Shown in pieces: positions 33,913 through 45,802 of a stretch of DNA of 64,000 bases. The notes under the pieces were generated by a model. The model made no database searches. It had not been told where the DNA came from and worked only from the letters and a program-made list of their open reading frames with translations. A program made the position numbers and the translations under genes. The DNA comes from an uncultured Methanomicrobiales archaeon (GTDB taxonomy: Archaea; Halobacteriota; Methanomicrobia; Methanomicrobiales; Methanospirillaceae). The DNA lies in NCBI GenBank assembly GCA_963732285.1, contig CAVSYT010000006.1:46610-110609 (forward strand). The letters are read 5' to 3'. The first letter of the stretch is position 1, and each line of letters starts with the position of its first letter.

Positions 33913-36079
33913 TTACATTTCCTGTCGCTTGTATTTTCTGGCTAATGCAAGAGCCGGGACATATCCGGTTCTGACATATTCCTTAAGCATTCTCTTGGCA
34001 GAAAACTGGGGTGCAGTGGTCCGCATGGTCTCCTTCATTTTTTTCACCCACATATGGGGGATCCCCTCGTCAGAAAGGGTGTAGTACATCGGAACCACTT
34101 CATGTTCGAGCAGGGTATAGAGTTGTTCTGCATCAACATGGTCCCTTCGTTCACCGGTTTCATGATTGCCAAATGCCCAACCGTTCGTCCCGTTGAAGGC
34201 TTCAAGCCACCAGCCGTCAAGAACACTCATGTGCAGGACACCGTTCAGCGATGCTTTCATACCGCTTGTTCCACACGCCTCCATGGGGGGAACCGGGTTA
34301 TTGAGCCAGACATCAACGCCATGAACAAGGTATTGTGCGATCTGTTCACCATAATCCTCAACAAAGGCAATCCTCCCGGCAAAATCCTGCTGGTGAGCAT
34401 ATTGGTAAATCTTCTGGATGATTCGTTTACCGTCATCATCAGCCGGATGAGCTTTGCCGGCAAAGATGATCTGCACCGGCATCCACCGGTTGTTCACGAT
34501 TCTCTTGAGTCGTTCAATATCATGAAAAATAAGATCAGCACGCTTGTACGTCGAGAACCTGCGGGCAAACCCGATGGTAAGTGCGTAGGGGTCGAGAAGT
34601 GCCCCGCCGGTTATTACATTGATAGGATCTGTACCTTCCCCTCCCCATTTCCGGCGTTTGAACTCCCGAATCCTGTTCACAAGTTTTCGTTTCAGCTGGG
34701 TGTGGACAATCCACAATTCTTTATCAGGAATTTCATTGATCATTTCCCAGATCAGAGGACTGTCATGATCGTTTAACCAGTTCGGGCAGGATGGTGAAAA
34801 ATACTTGTTCAACAGGAGGAGCATTTTTGGATCGAGCCATGTGGGTACATGCACACCGTTTGTTATATGGTGAATGGGGATTTTTTCTTTTGTTAAGTCC
34901 GGCCAGAGCGGTTGCCACATATCCCTTGCAACCTCGCCATGCTTTTTACTCACGCCGTTTTTTAATGCACACATTTTCAGGGCAAATGCCGTCATGTTGA
35001 ATAATCCCGCGCTATCCTCGGGGGAATACCCCATGCGCAGGAAGGTTTCCCTGTCAATGTCAAGAAGAGGGAAATAACGGGAAAAATATTTGTCCATAAG
35101 GGAATAGGGAAATGCATCGTGCCCGGCGGTACTGGTGTATGGGTCGTGAAAATACTGGTTTCGTGGACTCTTTTTCGTGCTTCTTCAAAACTCAGTTTAT
35201 CGGCAACCTGTTCCCGGATCCGTTCAAGCAGCACAAATGCCGGGTGTCCTTCATTCAGGTGAACGATTGATGGTCGTATGCCCAGAATATCCAGTACATA
35301 ACTCCCGCCAATACCCAGCACAATCTCCTGCCTGAGCCTCAATTCATTGTCACCGGTATAGAGCCGGGAAGAGATGATACGGTTGATCGGGTCATTTTGT
35401 GGGATATCGGTATCCAGAAGATACAGCGGGATATTTCCTACATCCACTTTCCAGACTGCAATGTATATCGGGGGCTCAATAAACGGCACCCGGGCAACCA
35501 GCTGGTTGTCATGGTTATACATGACTCGTTTGATGGGTGCTGCATCACGGTTCAGGATTTCCTTGATATTTTCCTGCCAGCCATACGAGTTGATGTGCTG
35601 GTGAAGATATCCCTCAGAGTACATGAAACCAACAGCGACAAGGGGTAAACCGAGATCACTGGATTCTTTTAAATGATCCCCGGCAAGAAAACCCAGTCCC
35701 CCGGCATAAAACGGGAGGGAGTGCTGGAGACCGTATTCTGCTGAAAAATAGGCAATGGAAAGGCCATGATTATCTGAAAAATGTTCGGTAAACCAGACTG
35801 TTATTCTGGTCCATCTCTTTCCGGAAAAGAGCCATTACGAGATCGTAATGCCGGAGATACAGGGGATTTTTTGAAGCGGCAATGAGGGTTTCTTCGGGAA
35901 TTTCCCTCAGCATTTTTACCGGGTTATGGATACTTTCTACCCATGCCTGTGGGTTTAAGTTTTTAAAGACCATCTTTACTGCCGGATTCCAGACTCCACC
36001 AGAGATTGTAGGCTAAATCGATGAGCCCGGAAATACGTTCCGGTACATGCGGAAAATCCGTGTTGGTAGTTTCGGCCAC
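33913..36079 (-). CDS. glgP: Alpha-glucan (glycogen) phosphorylase (frameshifts)
   Basis: AYFSAEYG, YAGGLGFLAGD, LRQEIVLGIGG, HLNEGH, TNGVH, FARRFSTYKR, EACGTSGMKA; GTG start at 36079. Confidence 0.92.
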
Positions 36080-36314
36080 ACTATCCCCCAATGATTGAGT
36101 AGTGGTATCATTTCATTAAAATACTATTGTAATAAAAACCGTAAAATAAAAAAATTGTTTTTATTGGGCCGGATTCCGGATGCACATCCTTTCACAAAAT
36201 CAGGAACCATATCCCCTTGCAAAAACCGGAGTCTGATCTCCGTTATTTGGCTTATGTTCTTAAAAATTCCGGGATTTATGGGAAGTCCGGAATCCTTGAT
36301 TTTTTTTGGTATAG

Positions 36315-36636
36315 GGCTCTGGTGAAATCCTGTTTTCCCGTTCTTCGCTTCTTTTTTCCGGATGCCTGGAGGGTGACCCACTTTCTTTTTTAGAGGGTTT
36401 CCCATAAAAATCCGATTTTTTGATACAGTGAGTTAATGGGGGTTCGCTCCAAACCCTCATAGGATTGTGCCGCCGCCCCCGAATGGGCGCCCCCGCGGCG
36501 GATTAAAAATGGAAATGTGCTGGAACCTCCTTGCCCTGCCGTGCCTCGAAGAGGTCCTGAGGGGGGGACCCTTGCACTATTATGGATTTTCATTGTTCTG
36601 GAGTGACTCCCCGTTCAGATTCGTTTCAACAGAGAA
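36315..36636. mobile_element. Composite MITE E6: shortened body, 226-bp unit in right TIR (36402-36627)
   Basis: GGCTCTGGTGAAATCC ... GTTTCAACAGAGAA; flanks TGGTATAG / GGGTATGG (6/8). Confidence 0.82.
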
Positions 36637-36870
36637 GGGTATGGATAAAATCAGCAAAAGAACCCGAGAAAATCGGGAGTTTAACAAAAATTTCCAGTAT
36701 ATCTCTTACAGGGGCCCTATAAAAATAGGGTGAAATTATCTCTCCTTTGCCAGATGTGGTGAAGAATTTTTTTCAATGGTGTTTGTCCGCGAAGCAGGAA
36801 CCGGTAAAAATAACCTAATGAAACATTTGAAATCACACAACACCAAAAGAGGATTTGGGCGTACACCTGC

Positions 36871-38121
36871 ATGGATGATAAGACCTGGAAAAAACTCTAT
36901 GATACGGTAAGTGTCGGGACCCCAAACCCGGTGATTGTCGGATACAATATTAATCTTGACCGGATAATCACGGTTACCCCGGCATTACTCTGTTCAGCAC
37001 TCTTCAATCGGCCGGTTTTCTCGGAACTCCGGTCCCGGCTCCTGCACTCCATGCACACCTGCACTGCTGAAGAGTGGTTTGTAACCGATCCTCAGCGGTA
37101 CCAGCAGTTCATCCGCATATTTGCCGATACGGGCCATCTTGTCATTGGAGGGCAGGCCGGTATTGCCGCAGTCCATCTGTCAATGACGGGTATTTCAGAT
37201 GTGCTCTGTATCGCTCTTTCTGTGGGGCCGAAGACCGGAAAAATTCTTGATCGTTCCGGTGTTCAGGTCCTGGATCTCAACGGAGGATGCGGGCAGTCTT
37301 CCGATATCATCCACCTCGTCTTTGAATATCCTCCGGGCCTTGTTCCCGTGGCTGAGGGTGTAATCCCGAGAAGTAATCGTTTCATTGCATCTCCCGTCCA
37401 TCCGCCGGAGTCGGTACTCATCCCACGTGACAAAATGGATGCAGTCATGGCAACGATCTCCTCGTATCCCCGTGCGTTTCTTTCCGGATACCAGTACCTT
37501 CAGACTGATGATGAATTCCGGAAGGCAGCAGAACAGATCGCCCTCATGAAAAAGAGTAACAGCCATATGCGCATTCATGTTGAATGCGTATCGGTGACCG
37601 ATCCTGCGGTGATAAACGGCTTTATCCGCCATATTCTTCCTGTAGCAGACAGTATCGGACTCAATGAACATGAGCTTGTATTACTCATCCGTGGTCTGGA
37701 TTCACCGGAAGACAAACCGGTGATTTTTGAGTCCATTTCTCCCGTTCAACTGGTACAGGGTGCACGGGAGATTTGTAAAAAAACCGGACTTAAACGCCTC
37801 CACCTCCACACGTTCGGGTATTACGTGTTGATTATCAGAAATGATTGTGCACACCCGGAAGAATCGCGAAATGCCCTGCTCTTTGCCTCCCGTGCAACAG
37901 CCAATGCTGCACAGGGGACACACCTGGAAATTTCCCCATCGGGAATCTCTGCATGTGAGATGGTTTTTGAGATATTCGGCCCGGAGGTTTCGACCGGGAT
38001 TTCCCGGACTCACACGCATACGATCGTCATGATTCCAACAATTGTTGCACAGGATATTGCAAAATCCTCCGGGCTCGGAGATATCCTTTCATCCAGCGCA
38101 TTTGTCGTTGATCAATTCTGA
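36871..38121 (+). CDS. pfkC: ADP-dependent phosphofructokinase/glucokinase family protein
   Basis: GYNINLD, GGQAGI, IHLVFEYP, RSNRFI, SGYQ, GLNEHEL, HLHTFGYY, GLGDILSS. Confidence 0.85.
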   Translation: MDDKTWKKLYDTVSVGTPNPVIVGYNINLDRIITVTPALLCSALFNRPVFSELRSRLLHSMHTCTAEEWFVTDPQRYQQFIRIFADTGHLVIGGQAGIAAVHLSMTGISDVLCIALSVGPKTGKILDRSGVQVLDLNGGCGQSSDIIHLVFEYPPGLVPVAEGVIPRSNRFIASPVHPPESVLIPRDKMDAVMATISSYPRAFLSGYQYLQTDDEFRKAAEQIALMKKSNSHMRIHVECVSVTDPAVINGFIRHILPVADSIGLNEHELVLLIRGLDSPEDKPVIFESISPVQLVQGAREICKKTGLKRLHLHTFGYYVLIIRNDCAHPEESRNALLFASRATANAAQGTHLEISPSGISACEMVFEIFGPEVSTGISRTHTHTIVMIPTIVAQDIAKSSGLGDILSSSAFVVDQF

Positions 38122-38181
38122 ATAACCATCCTGCTGTGTCTCGCCAGACGATGACTATAAGCAGACAACAAAGGGTAATGC

Positions 38182-38732
38182 GGCTCTGTTGAAACAGGCA
38201 TGAACCGTTCGGGTGCACACCTGAATTATGAAAATCATTAAAATTTCATATTTGGGAGGGCTCCCCGCCTCAGGGGCTCTCTTTTGGCTCGGCGGGGCAT
38301 GGAGGTTGTTTGCATCTGTAGTCCCGAAAACCGCCGCGGGGGCGCCCCGTTGGGGGCGTCGTCGTTCATCATAATTATACTAAAAACATTTTCAAATACT
38401 ATCTGGGTAATCTGATTTTCATGGGAAATTCTATTTTCCCGTTCTTCGCTCCTTCTTCTCTACTGTTTGGAGGTTGACCTCCCTCTTTTTCAGAGGGTTT
38501 CCCATGAAAATCCGTTTAGTTCAGGTAATATTGGGAAAAGCATCATTTACCATTATGATAAACCCCGCCGCCCCGGATGGGACGCCCCCGCGGCGGATCA
38601 ATGACGGAAATGTGCTGAAACCTCTGTGCCCTGCAGTGACTCGGAGAGGCCCGGAGGCAGGGAACCCTTGCACTATCATGGATTTTCATGGTTAGGGTGT
38701 GAACGCCCGTTCATGTGCATTTCAACAGAGTC
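38182..38732. mobile_element. Composite MITE E7: both TIRs occupied (38195-38428 and 38502-38723)
   Basis: TIRs GGCTCTGTTGAAA / TTTCAACAGAGTC; flanks GGTAATGC / TATAATGC (6/8). Confidence 0.88.
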
Positions 38733-38918
38733 TATAATGCATAATCTCAGTGCCCTATTTTTTAAAAAACACCCGCCATCATTTTTTATGAATTCCGGGT
38801 ATACAGGGGAAATATATATCTGACTCGATGTTTACCTAATTACAACAGGTAATGAAAGTATTCGCACCTTCAATAAGCCAGTATTCTCTCCCTGTATCGT
38901 CGGGTTGTCCCGAATATC

Positions 38919-38957
38919 CCTGAATCCCGGACTCTCTCTGAAAGTCCGGGATTCGGG
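38919..38957. promoter_or_regulatory. Strong inverted repeat upstream of GH57 copy 2
   Basis: GAATCCCGGACT-N9-AGTCCGGGATTC, perfect 12-bp arms; function unknown. Confidence 0.4.
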
Positions 38958-39001
38958 CAACCTGCGGACCATCCCCGTTTTCCGATGAGGAAGTATTCGT
39001 T

Positions 39002-40458
39002 ATGCCATCGATCAGTATCGGGTTTGAAGTTCACCAGCCTTACCGCCTTAACCGGCAGTTTGAACCAATCCCCATGATGAAAAAGAAAGATCTTTTTAAT
39101 CACTATTTTGATGGCCTGAATAAGGAAATACTTCAGCGTGTTGCAGAAAAGTGCTACAATCCTGCCACAAAAATTATTCTTGAAAAACTTGATGAAGGTT
39201 TTTCCTGCTCTTTTTCCTTATCAGGAATAGTCATTGAGCAGATGGAAAAGTGGAGCAGGGACACCCTCTCACTCTTCGAACAGGTTGCCCGGCATAAAAA
39301 CTGCGAGATAATCGGGCAGACCTACTATCACAGTATTGCCAGTTGTTTTCATGACAAATCAGAATTCAAAGAACAGGTCCGTCTTCACTCTGATCTGATG
39401 CATGACCATTTCAGGGTCAGGCCGACAATCTTTGAAAACACAGAATTCACGTTCAATAACGATATAGCCGCTACGATAAGGGATTTGGGTTTCTCCGGTA
39501 TCTTTACCGAAGGTGTAGATCGTATTCTTAATGGGCGCAGCCCGAATCATCTCTACACCTGCCGGGATATTCCGGTTCTGCTTCGCAACACCAGGTTTTC
39601 CGATGATATTGCATTCCGTTTTGCCAACCGCACATGGGACATGTACCCGCTGACCGCAGAAACCTACGCCCAATGGATCGCCTCTTCTCCAGGGGATGTG
39701 ACTCATGTGTTCCTGGACTACGAAACCTTTGGCGAGCATTTCTGGAAGGAGACCGGGATATTTGACTTTTTACACTCTCTCCCTGATGAGCTGGCAGAGC
39801 GAGGTGTTGAATCGATCCTGCCATCAGAGATGCGTTTCCCGCTTTTCACCCGTTGGGGAAATCGATGTCAGGGAGACCATTTCCTGGGCTGACCTTGAGA
39901 AGGATACTTCCGCATGGATGGGAAATGATCGGCAGCGGGCAGCTTTTCATGCCGTCCAGACCGGCACATCACTATGCCATCGACAAACCGATCTGGAGAT
40001 ATCTCCAGACCAGCGACCATTTCTATTATATGGCCTCCAAATACGGCACGTGCGGGGAAGTTCATAGTTATTTCAGCCATCACGAGGCTGATGATGCGTT
40101 CACGACCTACATGAGGGTGCTTGCAGATTATGAATTGCGTAATATCCGGTTGATGAAAAACCGGAAATCGGCAAAAATCCTGCGAACCCTTGCCCCGGAA
40201 CAGGCATTTCATTTTGCCGGACCCTCAGGATTCATCGGTCATACTGCCTATAACCTCGACCAGTTTGAAGAATTGATATACATTGTACCCAAGGATTCTA
40301 TCCAGTTCCACCAGGAACGAGGTGATTTCTCCCGGTGGATAACAGATATTCTGGAGGATCCACATCTTGCAGAGAGCATCACCGGGGTGAGCGAGCGCCA
40401 TGATCTGGCAAAGGCAGTAAAAGAACGAAGAGAATTGCTGTGGAGTCACTTAAAATAG
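39002..40458 (+). CDS. GH57 alpha-amylase, copy 2 (frameshifts)
   Basis: FEVHQP, QTYYHS, DYETFGEH, QTSDHFYYM; paralogue of 12674-14216. Confidence 0.88.
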
Positions 40459-41589
40459 CCTTTTTCTGCTGGGAATCGATGTATGCAGAACGGGTTGGCG
40501 GGCTTGCCAATGCTGCAACGAATCTTGCAGAAACGTTGGTAAAACAGCAGCATGAAGTGCATTTTTTTACCCGGGGAACTATGCCCGATCAGACCGTCAA
40601 TGGCGTATCTTACCACTATTGCCAACCCTCCGGAAAAAATATTGTCGAATATTGTGATGCCATGAGCCGGGCGATGGTGGACCAGTTTGCGATATGTGAT
40701 ACCCCGCACCCCTTTGATATTCTTCATTTCCATGACTGGCATCGTTGTGCAGGCTCTCCATCTTCTGCAGGACAGAAATACGATCTTTACCTTCCATTCA
40801 ACGGAATACGGGAGGAATGGCAACCAGTACGGGGACTGGTGGGAGTTTAAGGAAATCTCCGGAAAGGAATGGTACGGGAGTCTTGTTGCCAAACGGGTAA
40901 CGGCAGTGTCTGCAAGCCTTAAAAGATGAAGTGATGCGATTATACAATATCCCTTATGACAAATGCGATGTTATCCCAAACGGGGTTGAACCTCGCGAAT
41001 ACCGGATAAGCAGTCGATCCGGGTGATGTGAAACAGGCGTATGGCATCCATCCTTATGCTCCCCTGGTCCTGTTTATCGGCAGGCTCGTGTACCAGAAAG
41101 GGCCGGATATATTCATCGAGGCGATACGAAGAGTCTGCCAGCACCGCTGGGATGCAAAAGTGATTGTTGCCGGGGACGGATGGATGCGGCAGTTCCTTCA
41201 GGAGCGGGCAAAAGATCTGCCGGTAATCTTTGTCGGCTACATCCCGGATTCCGAGTATATCCGTGTCTTGAATGCTGCAGATATTGTTGTCATCCCCAGT
41301 CGCAATGAGCCGTTTGGTCTTGTGCTTCTTGAGGCATGGAGTGCAGAAAAAGGTGTTGTTGCCAGCAATGTTGGCGGACTGTCAGAAAATATCGATGCAT
41401 TTGTAAACGGTATAAAAGTAGATGTGAACCCGGAATCCCTTGCCTGGGGTATCAATTCTCATGATCGATGAACCCTGGAATGCCGGGGCTCTGGGAAAAC
41501 GGGGGAGAAAGAAAGTGGATCGGGTATTTCTCTGGGGTCCGATTGTAAAAGAACTGACTGAAACCTATGCCCGAACATTGTCAAAATAA
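40440..41589 (+). CDS. GT4 glycosyltransferase (glycogen synthase-like), copy 2 (frameshifts)
   Basis: FHDWH, FIGRLVYQKG, PSRNEPFGLVLLEAW; paralogue of 11553-12692. Confidence 0.85.
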
Positions 41590-41669
41590 TGATATTGCAC
41601 TGGCATTTCATCATTTTTACCGGATTTCTATCGGTGCTGCCCCACGGCAAAGCATGAATTTAATGGATT

Positions 41670-41960
41670 GGGGGGCTCCCTCCAGGCAGCCGAAAAGAAG
41701 AAGCGAAGAACGGGAAAATTGGATTTCCGATGAAAATCAGCAAATTCAGATAGTATTTGAAGATGTTTTCAGGAATAATTATGATGAACGCCGCCGCCCC
41801 CAACGGGGCGCTCCCGCGGCGGTTTCAGGAACTGCAGAGTCAAACAACCCCGATGTCCTGCCGTGCCTGAAGAGAGACCCTGAGACAGGGAACTCTCGCA
41901 CTATCATGGATTTTCATTGTTCGGGAGTGAACTTCCGTTCTTACAGGTTTCAAAAGAGTC
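41670..41960. mobile_element. Composite MITE E8 (left end truncated; 224-bp unit 41728-41951)
   Basis: Partial MITE body, GGATTTCCGATGAAAATC junction, GC hairpin, end GTTTCAAAAGAGTC. Confidence 0.75.
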
Positions 41961-42092
41961 GGATTTCAGTTTTTTTTAACACTGTCCGTTTCCAGTCTGG
42001 TATCGGACCAAAAAACTCTGTGGGGCATATGCGAAATCTTACGAAGATGCAGGATAGTTTTTACCTGATACCGGTATATAGTGGAATTACGC

Positions 42093-43055
42093 ATGCTTCA
42101 TCCTAACTTTAAGGACACGATAGCAGCATCGCCGTATATCTTTACCCTTGGGGTTGCCGGGGACAGCGGTTCGGGAAAGACTACGTTTACGCAGGGTATC
42201 CGAAACATTTTTGGCAATGATCTTGTCTCAACCATAACGCTTGACGATTACCATAGTCTTGACCGGAATGAACGCACTGAACGGGGAATTACAGCCCTGA
42301 ACCCTGAGGCAAACCGAATTGAGCAGCTTGAGCAGGATCTTATCTCGCTCAAACGGGGCGTTCCTGTTGAAAAACCGTCCTACAACCATACCACGGGAGA
42401 ATTTGATCCTCCGGCCATCTTCCGTCCAAAGAAGATCCTCATACTTGAAGGACTTCATACGCTGTTCACCCCTACCCTGAGAAAATATCTTGATTTCACG
42501 CTCTTTGTGGATCCGGTGAAGCAGGTAAAGTATGACTGGAAGATCATGAGGGATGTGAACAAGCGTGGGTATTTGGGTGATGCCGTTCTCAAAGAGATCG
42601 CAGAACGGGAACCGGAATACGAACGCTACATTGCTCCCCAGAAGGAGTACGCGGATGCCGTCATTGGTATCGATTACTCCCGGTACGGGCAGCCGCTCGG
42701 AAAAGAACGGAATGTGTACAAGGTCACCCTCTCCCAGAACCGGATGAAACAGAGTATCGAAAATATCGATCTCTCTCTGGACCTGTATTCCATCCTTTCT
42801 TTATCGGAGCGGAACTTTTCGCTGGAGTTTGTGACCAGTGAGCAAGGCAGACAAAAAATGGGTCAACTGATTATTGACGGGGAACTCAGCGGGCATGTGG
42901 TGAAAAAGCTTGAGCGCAGCATTGAAGAACAGACACAGGTGCATCCCATCTCGATCTTCAGAAACCGTTCCTACGTCACCGCAGGGGATCTTGCCCAGCT
43001 CATCCTCTGCTGGCGCATTATTCACCGCCGGATTTTCATGGAAACCTGCAGGTGA
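42093..43055 (+). CDS. prk: Phosphoribulokinase (archaeal type)
   Basis: GVAGDSGSGKTT, LDDYHSLDRNER..GITALNP, YNHTTG, EGLH, WKIMRD..RG, YIAPQKEYAD. Confidence 0.88.
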   Translation: MLHPNFKDTIAASPYIFTLGVAGDSGSGKTTFTQGIRNIFGNDLVSTITLDDYHSLDRNERTERGITALNPEANRIEQLEQDLISLKRGVPVEKPSYNHTTGEFDPPAIFRPKKILILEGLHTLFTPTLRKYLDFTLFVDPVKQVKYDWKIMRDVNKRGYLGDAVLKEIAEREPEYERYIAPQKEYADAVIGIDYSRYGQPLGKERNVYKVTLSQNRMKQSIENIDLSLDLYSILSLSERNFSLEFVTSEQGRQKMGQLIIDGELSGHVVKKLERSIEEQTQVHPISIFRNRSYVTAGDLAQLILCWRIIHRRIFMETCR

Positions 43056-43229
43056 TGCCAGTCACAACGATCACTGTATACAAAAAGACCATATCCTGTG
43101 AATGAGAAGGAAAGAATAGGAGCGATCAATGAAAGCAGATGAACCCATCAGTTTCCCGCTTGATGTGCCTTTCAATCCTTATGCAGATATACCAGAGCAG
43201 GGAACTATGAATCCGGGAGTTATCCGGCT

Positions 43230-44269
43230 ATGAAAACCATTGGTGTCCTGACCGGGGGAGGTGACTGCCCCGGGCTTAACGCGGTAATCAGGGCTGTGGA
43301 GAGGGCGGGGAAAAAATATGACTTTGAAACCCTCGGTATCCGGAACGGGTGGCAGGGTCTCATCGATGGCGATGTTGAGCCGCTCACCGATTTCTCCGTT
43401 TCAGGTATTCTTCCCAAGGGTGGAACGATCCTTGGCACATCCCGTACGGACCCGTTGAAAAATATATCGGATTTCCAGAAGATCAAAGCCAATATAAAAA
43501 AATACGGCATTTATGCGCTCATTGTCATTGGCGGTGACGGCACCCTTTCTGCTGCCCGCGACATAGCAAAGCAGGGAATTCCTGTTGTGGGCATTCCCAA
43601 AACCATAGACAATGATATCAGCGGAACCGATATGACATTCGGTTTTGATACCGCAGTGGCCACGGTCACTGAAGCAATCGACCGTCTCCATACAACGGCG
43701 GAGTCTCACCACCGTATCATCGTTGTTGAGGTTATGGGCCGGAATGTCGGGTGGATTGCGGTCACTGCAGGAATTGCCGGGGGAGCTGACGAGATCCTGA
43801 TCCCTGAAGTGCATTTTACCCTGGACGGGGTCTGCAAAAAATTAAAGGCCCGGTATGATGCCGGTAAAAAATTCTCGATTGTTGTCATTGCAGAAGGTGC
43901 TCACGCGAAAGATCTCGGCGTGACTCCGTTCCTGAGAATGAACTGGATGAATGCGGTCATGAGAAGTTTGTGGGTGTTGGCAACATCCTGGGTAAAGAAC
44001 TTGAACGCCGGATGGGTATTGAAACACGCGTTACCATTCTCGGCCATGTCCAGCGGGGTGGATCACCAACGGCATTTGACCGGGTTCTTGCAACCCGTTT
44101 CGGTGTTGCCGCAGTCCAGCTCGTGTATGCCGGTGATTTCGGGATGATGGTTGCCCTGCAGGGAAACAAGATCACCAGCATCCCTCTTGAAATCGCAGTG
44201 AACCAGATAAAAACGGTTGATGATGATTTCTATGAACTGGCTATGACAGTAATCGGTGGTCAGAGATGA
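43230..44269 (+). CDS. pfkA: PfkA-family 6-phosphofructokinase (frameshift near 43930)
   Basis: LTGGGDCPGLN, GGTILGTSR, GGDG, PKTIDND, VEVMGR, LGHVQRGG. Confidence 0.92.
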
Positions 44270-45024
44270 ACAAAATCCCGCCTTCTCAAAAAGGGATGCC
44301 CACCGATCCGGTGTTTTCGGTCTGCTGGGACGGGCCTCTGCCGGAACCGGTTGTCAGGACGGCAGAGGATCTCCGGAGTGTGCTGGCAAATCCCGGATGT
44401 TCCTGCACAGGACCGGTTTATTACATGTATCGTGATGTTGCCCGGACCTCCGAAGATCGCAGCTGGCTTGCTGCACAGCACCTTCGATTCGATATTACGG
44501 TTATCCCCCCTCGTGAACTCTGCGGTGAGTACAATAAAACCAAAGGGCATTTTCACCCTCCCGATCCTTCCGGTACCGGCTACCCGGAGATATACGAAGT
44601 CCTTGCCGGTGAAGCACATTACCTGATCCAGAATCATGATTGTTCTGATGTCGTGATGATAGCAGCCTGTGCCGGGGATATCGTTGTCGTCCCTCCCGGC
44701 TACGGGCATGTGACCATCAACCCGACTCATGCTACGATCCTCCAGATGGCAAATATTGTATCCTCGCGTTTTTCCAGCAATTATCACGGGTATGAAGCGC
44801 AGAACGGGGCTGCATTTTTTGAATGGATAAAAGAGGGTTTTGTAAAAAATCCGACCTACCGGAATCACCCGAATCTCCGGCTCGTAAAAGCGCAGCGACG
44901 TGCAGATGTAACGGATGCAATCCCCGATCCGCTCTATAACCTCATTGAAAAACGTGCACCGGTTCTCGAATTTCTCAATCGCCCGGAAAAATTCGAATCA
45001 TTATTCCGGGGACTTTATCCGTAA
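44266..45024 (+). CDS. pgi: Cupin-type glucose-6-phosphate isomerase
   Basis: TKGHFH, YPEIYEVLAGEA, VPPGYGHVTIN; ATGA overlap with pfkA. Confidence 0.85.
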   Translation: MNKIPPSQKGMPTDPVFSVCWDGPLPEPVVRTAEDLRSVLANPGCSCTGPVYYMYRDVARTSEDRSWLAAQHLRFDITVIPPRELCGEYNKTKGHFHPPDPSGTGYPEIYEVLAGEAHYLIQNHDCSDVVMIAACAGDIVVVPPGYGHVTINPTHATILQMANIVSSRFSSNYHGYEAQNGAAFFEWIKEGFVKNPTYRNHPNLRLVKAQRRADVTDAIPDPLYNLIEKRAPVLEFLNRPEKFESLFRGLYP

Positions 45025-45313
45025 AACTTTTTTTATGGAACTATACTGACAACTGAAGTAATTAGTGAAATAGTTGCGAACCGTTTCTGTAAACCACGTT
45101 ATTTTTCGTTCTGATTAACCAAAATGAGATAAATTCAGTAGAAATATTGGAGATGACAGCATCATTTTTATCAAAACCGGTTCGCTTTTAATTCCCGTCT
45201 TCACGAAAAAGGAAATGGCAACACATCAGGACAGGCGGTTTCAGTTATCAAAACTATTCCATGACCCCCCGATTCCCTTTTTCTGGTATCGTTTGGGCAG
45301 ATTATAAAATATT

Positions 45314-45786
45314 GGCTCTGTTGTAACGCCCATGAACCGTTCGGGTTCACTCCCAAACTATGAAATCCATGATAGTGCGATGGTTCCCTGCCTCAGGGCC
45401 TCTCTGAGGAATGGCAGGGCAAGGAAGTTTCATTACATTTCTTTCATTGATCCGCCGCGGGTGTGCCCCTACTGGGGCGGCGGGACAATCCTACGGAGGT
45501 TTGGGGCGAACCCCCATTAACTCATTGTATCAAAAAATCAGCATATTCAGATAGTATTTGAAAATGCTTTTTGTATAATTATGATGAACGCCGCCGCCCC
45601 CATGGGACGCCCCCGCGGCGGTTCAGGTGCCTGCCCGTCTTTAAACCATTTGCCCAGCGAGGCCCCGACGATGCGGCCGAGCGACCCCCAAAGGGGGTGG
45701 GTTGACTCTTAAAAACTATAAGAAGAGAGTATACGATTTTCATACATCGGGTATGAACTCCTGTTCATGCCTGTTTTAACAGAGCC
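45314..45786. mobile_element. Composite MITE E9: two opposed units fused, no MITE body
   Basis: GGCTCTGTTGTAAC / GTTTTAACAGAGCC; flanks AAAATATT / GAAATATT (7/8); two GC hairpins. Confidence 0.85.
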
Positions 45787-45802
45787 GAAATATTTAAAAA
45801 AA

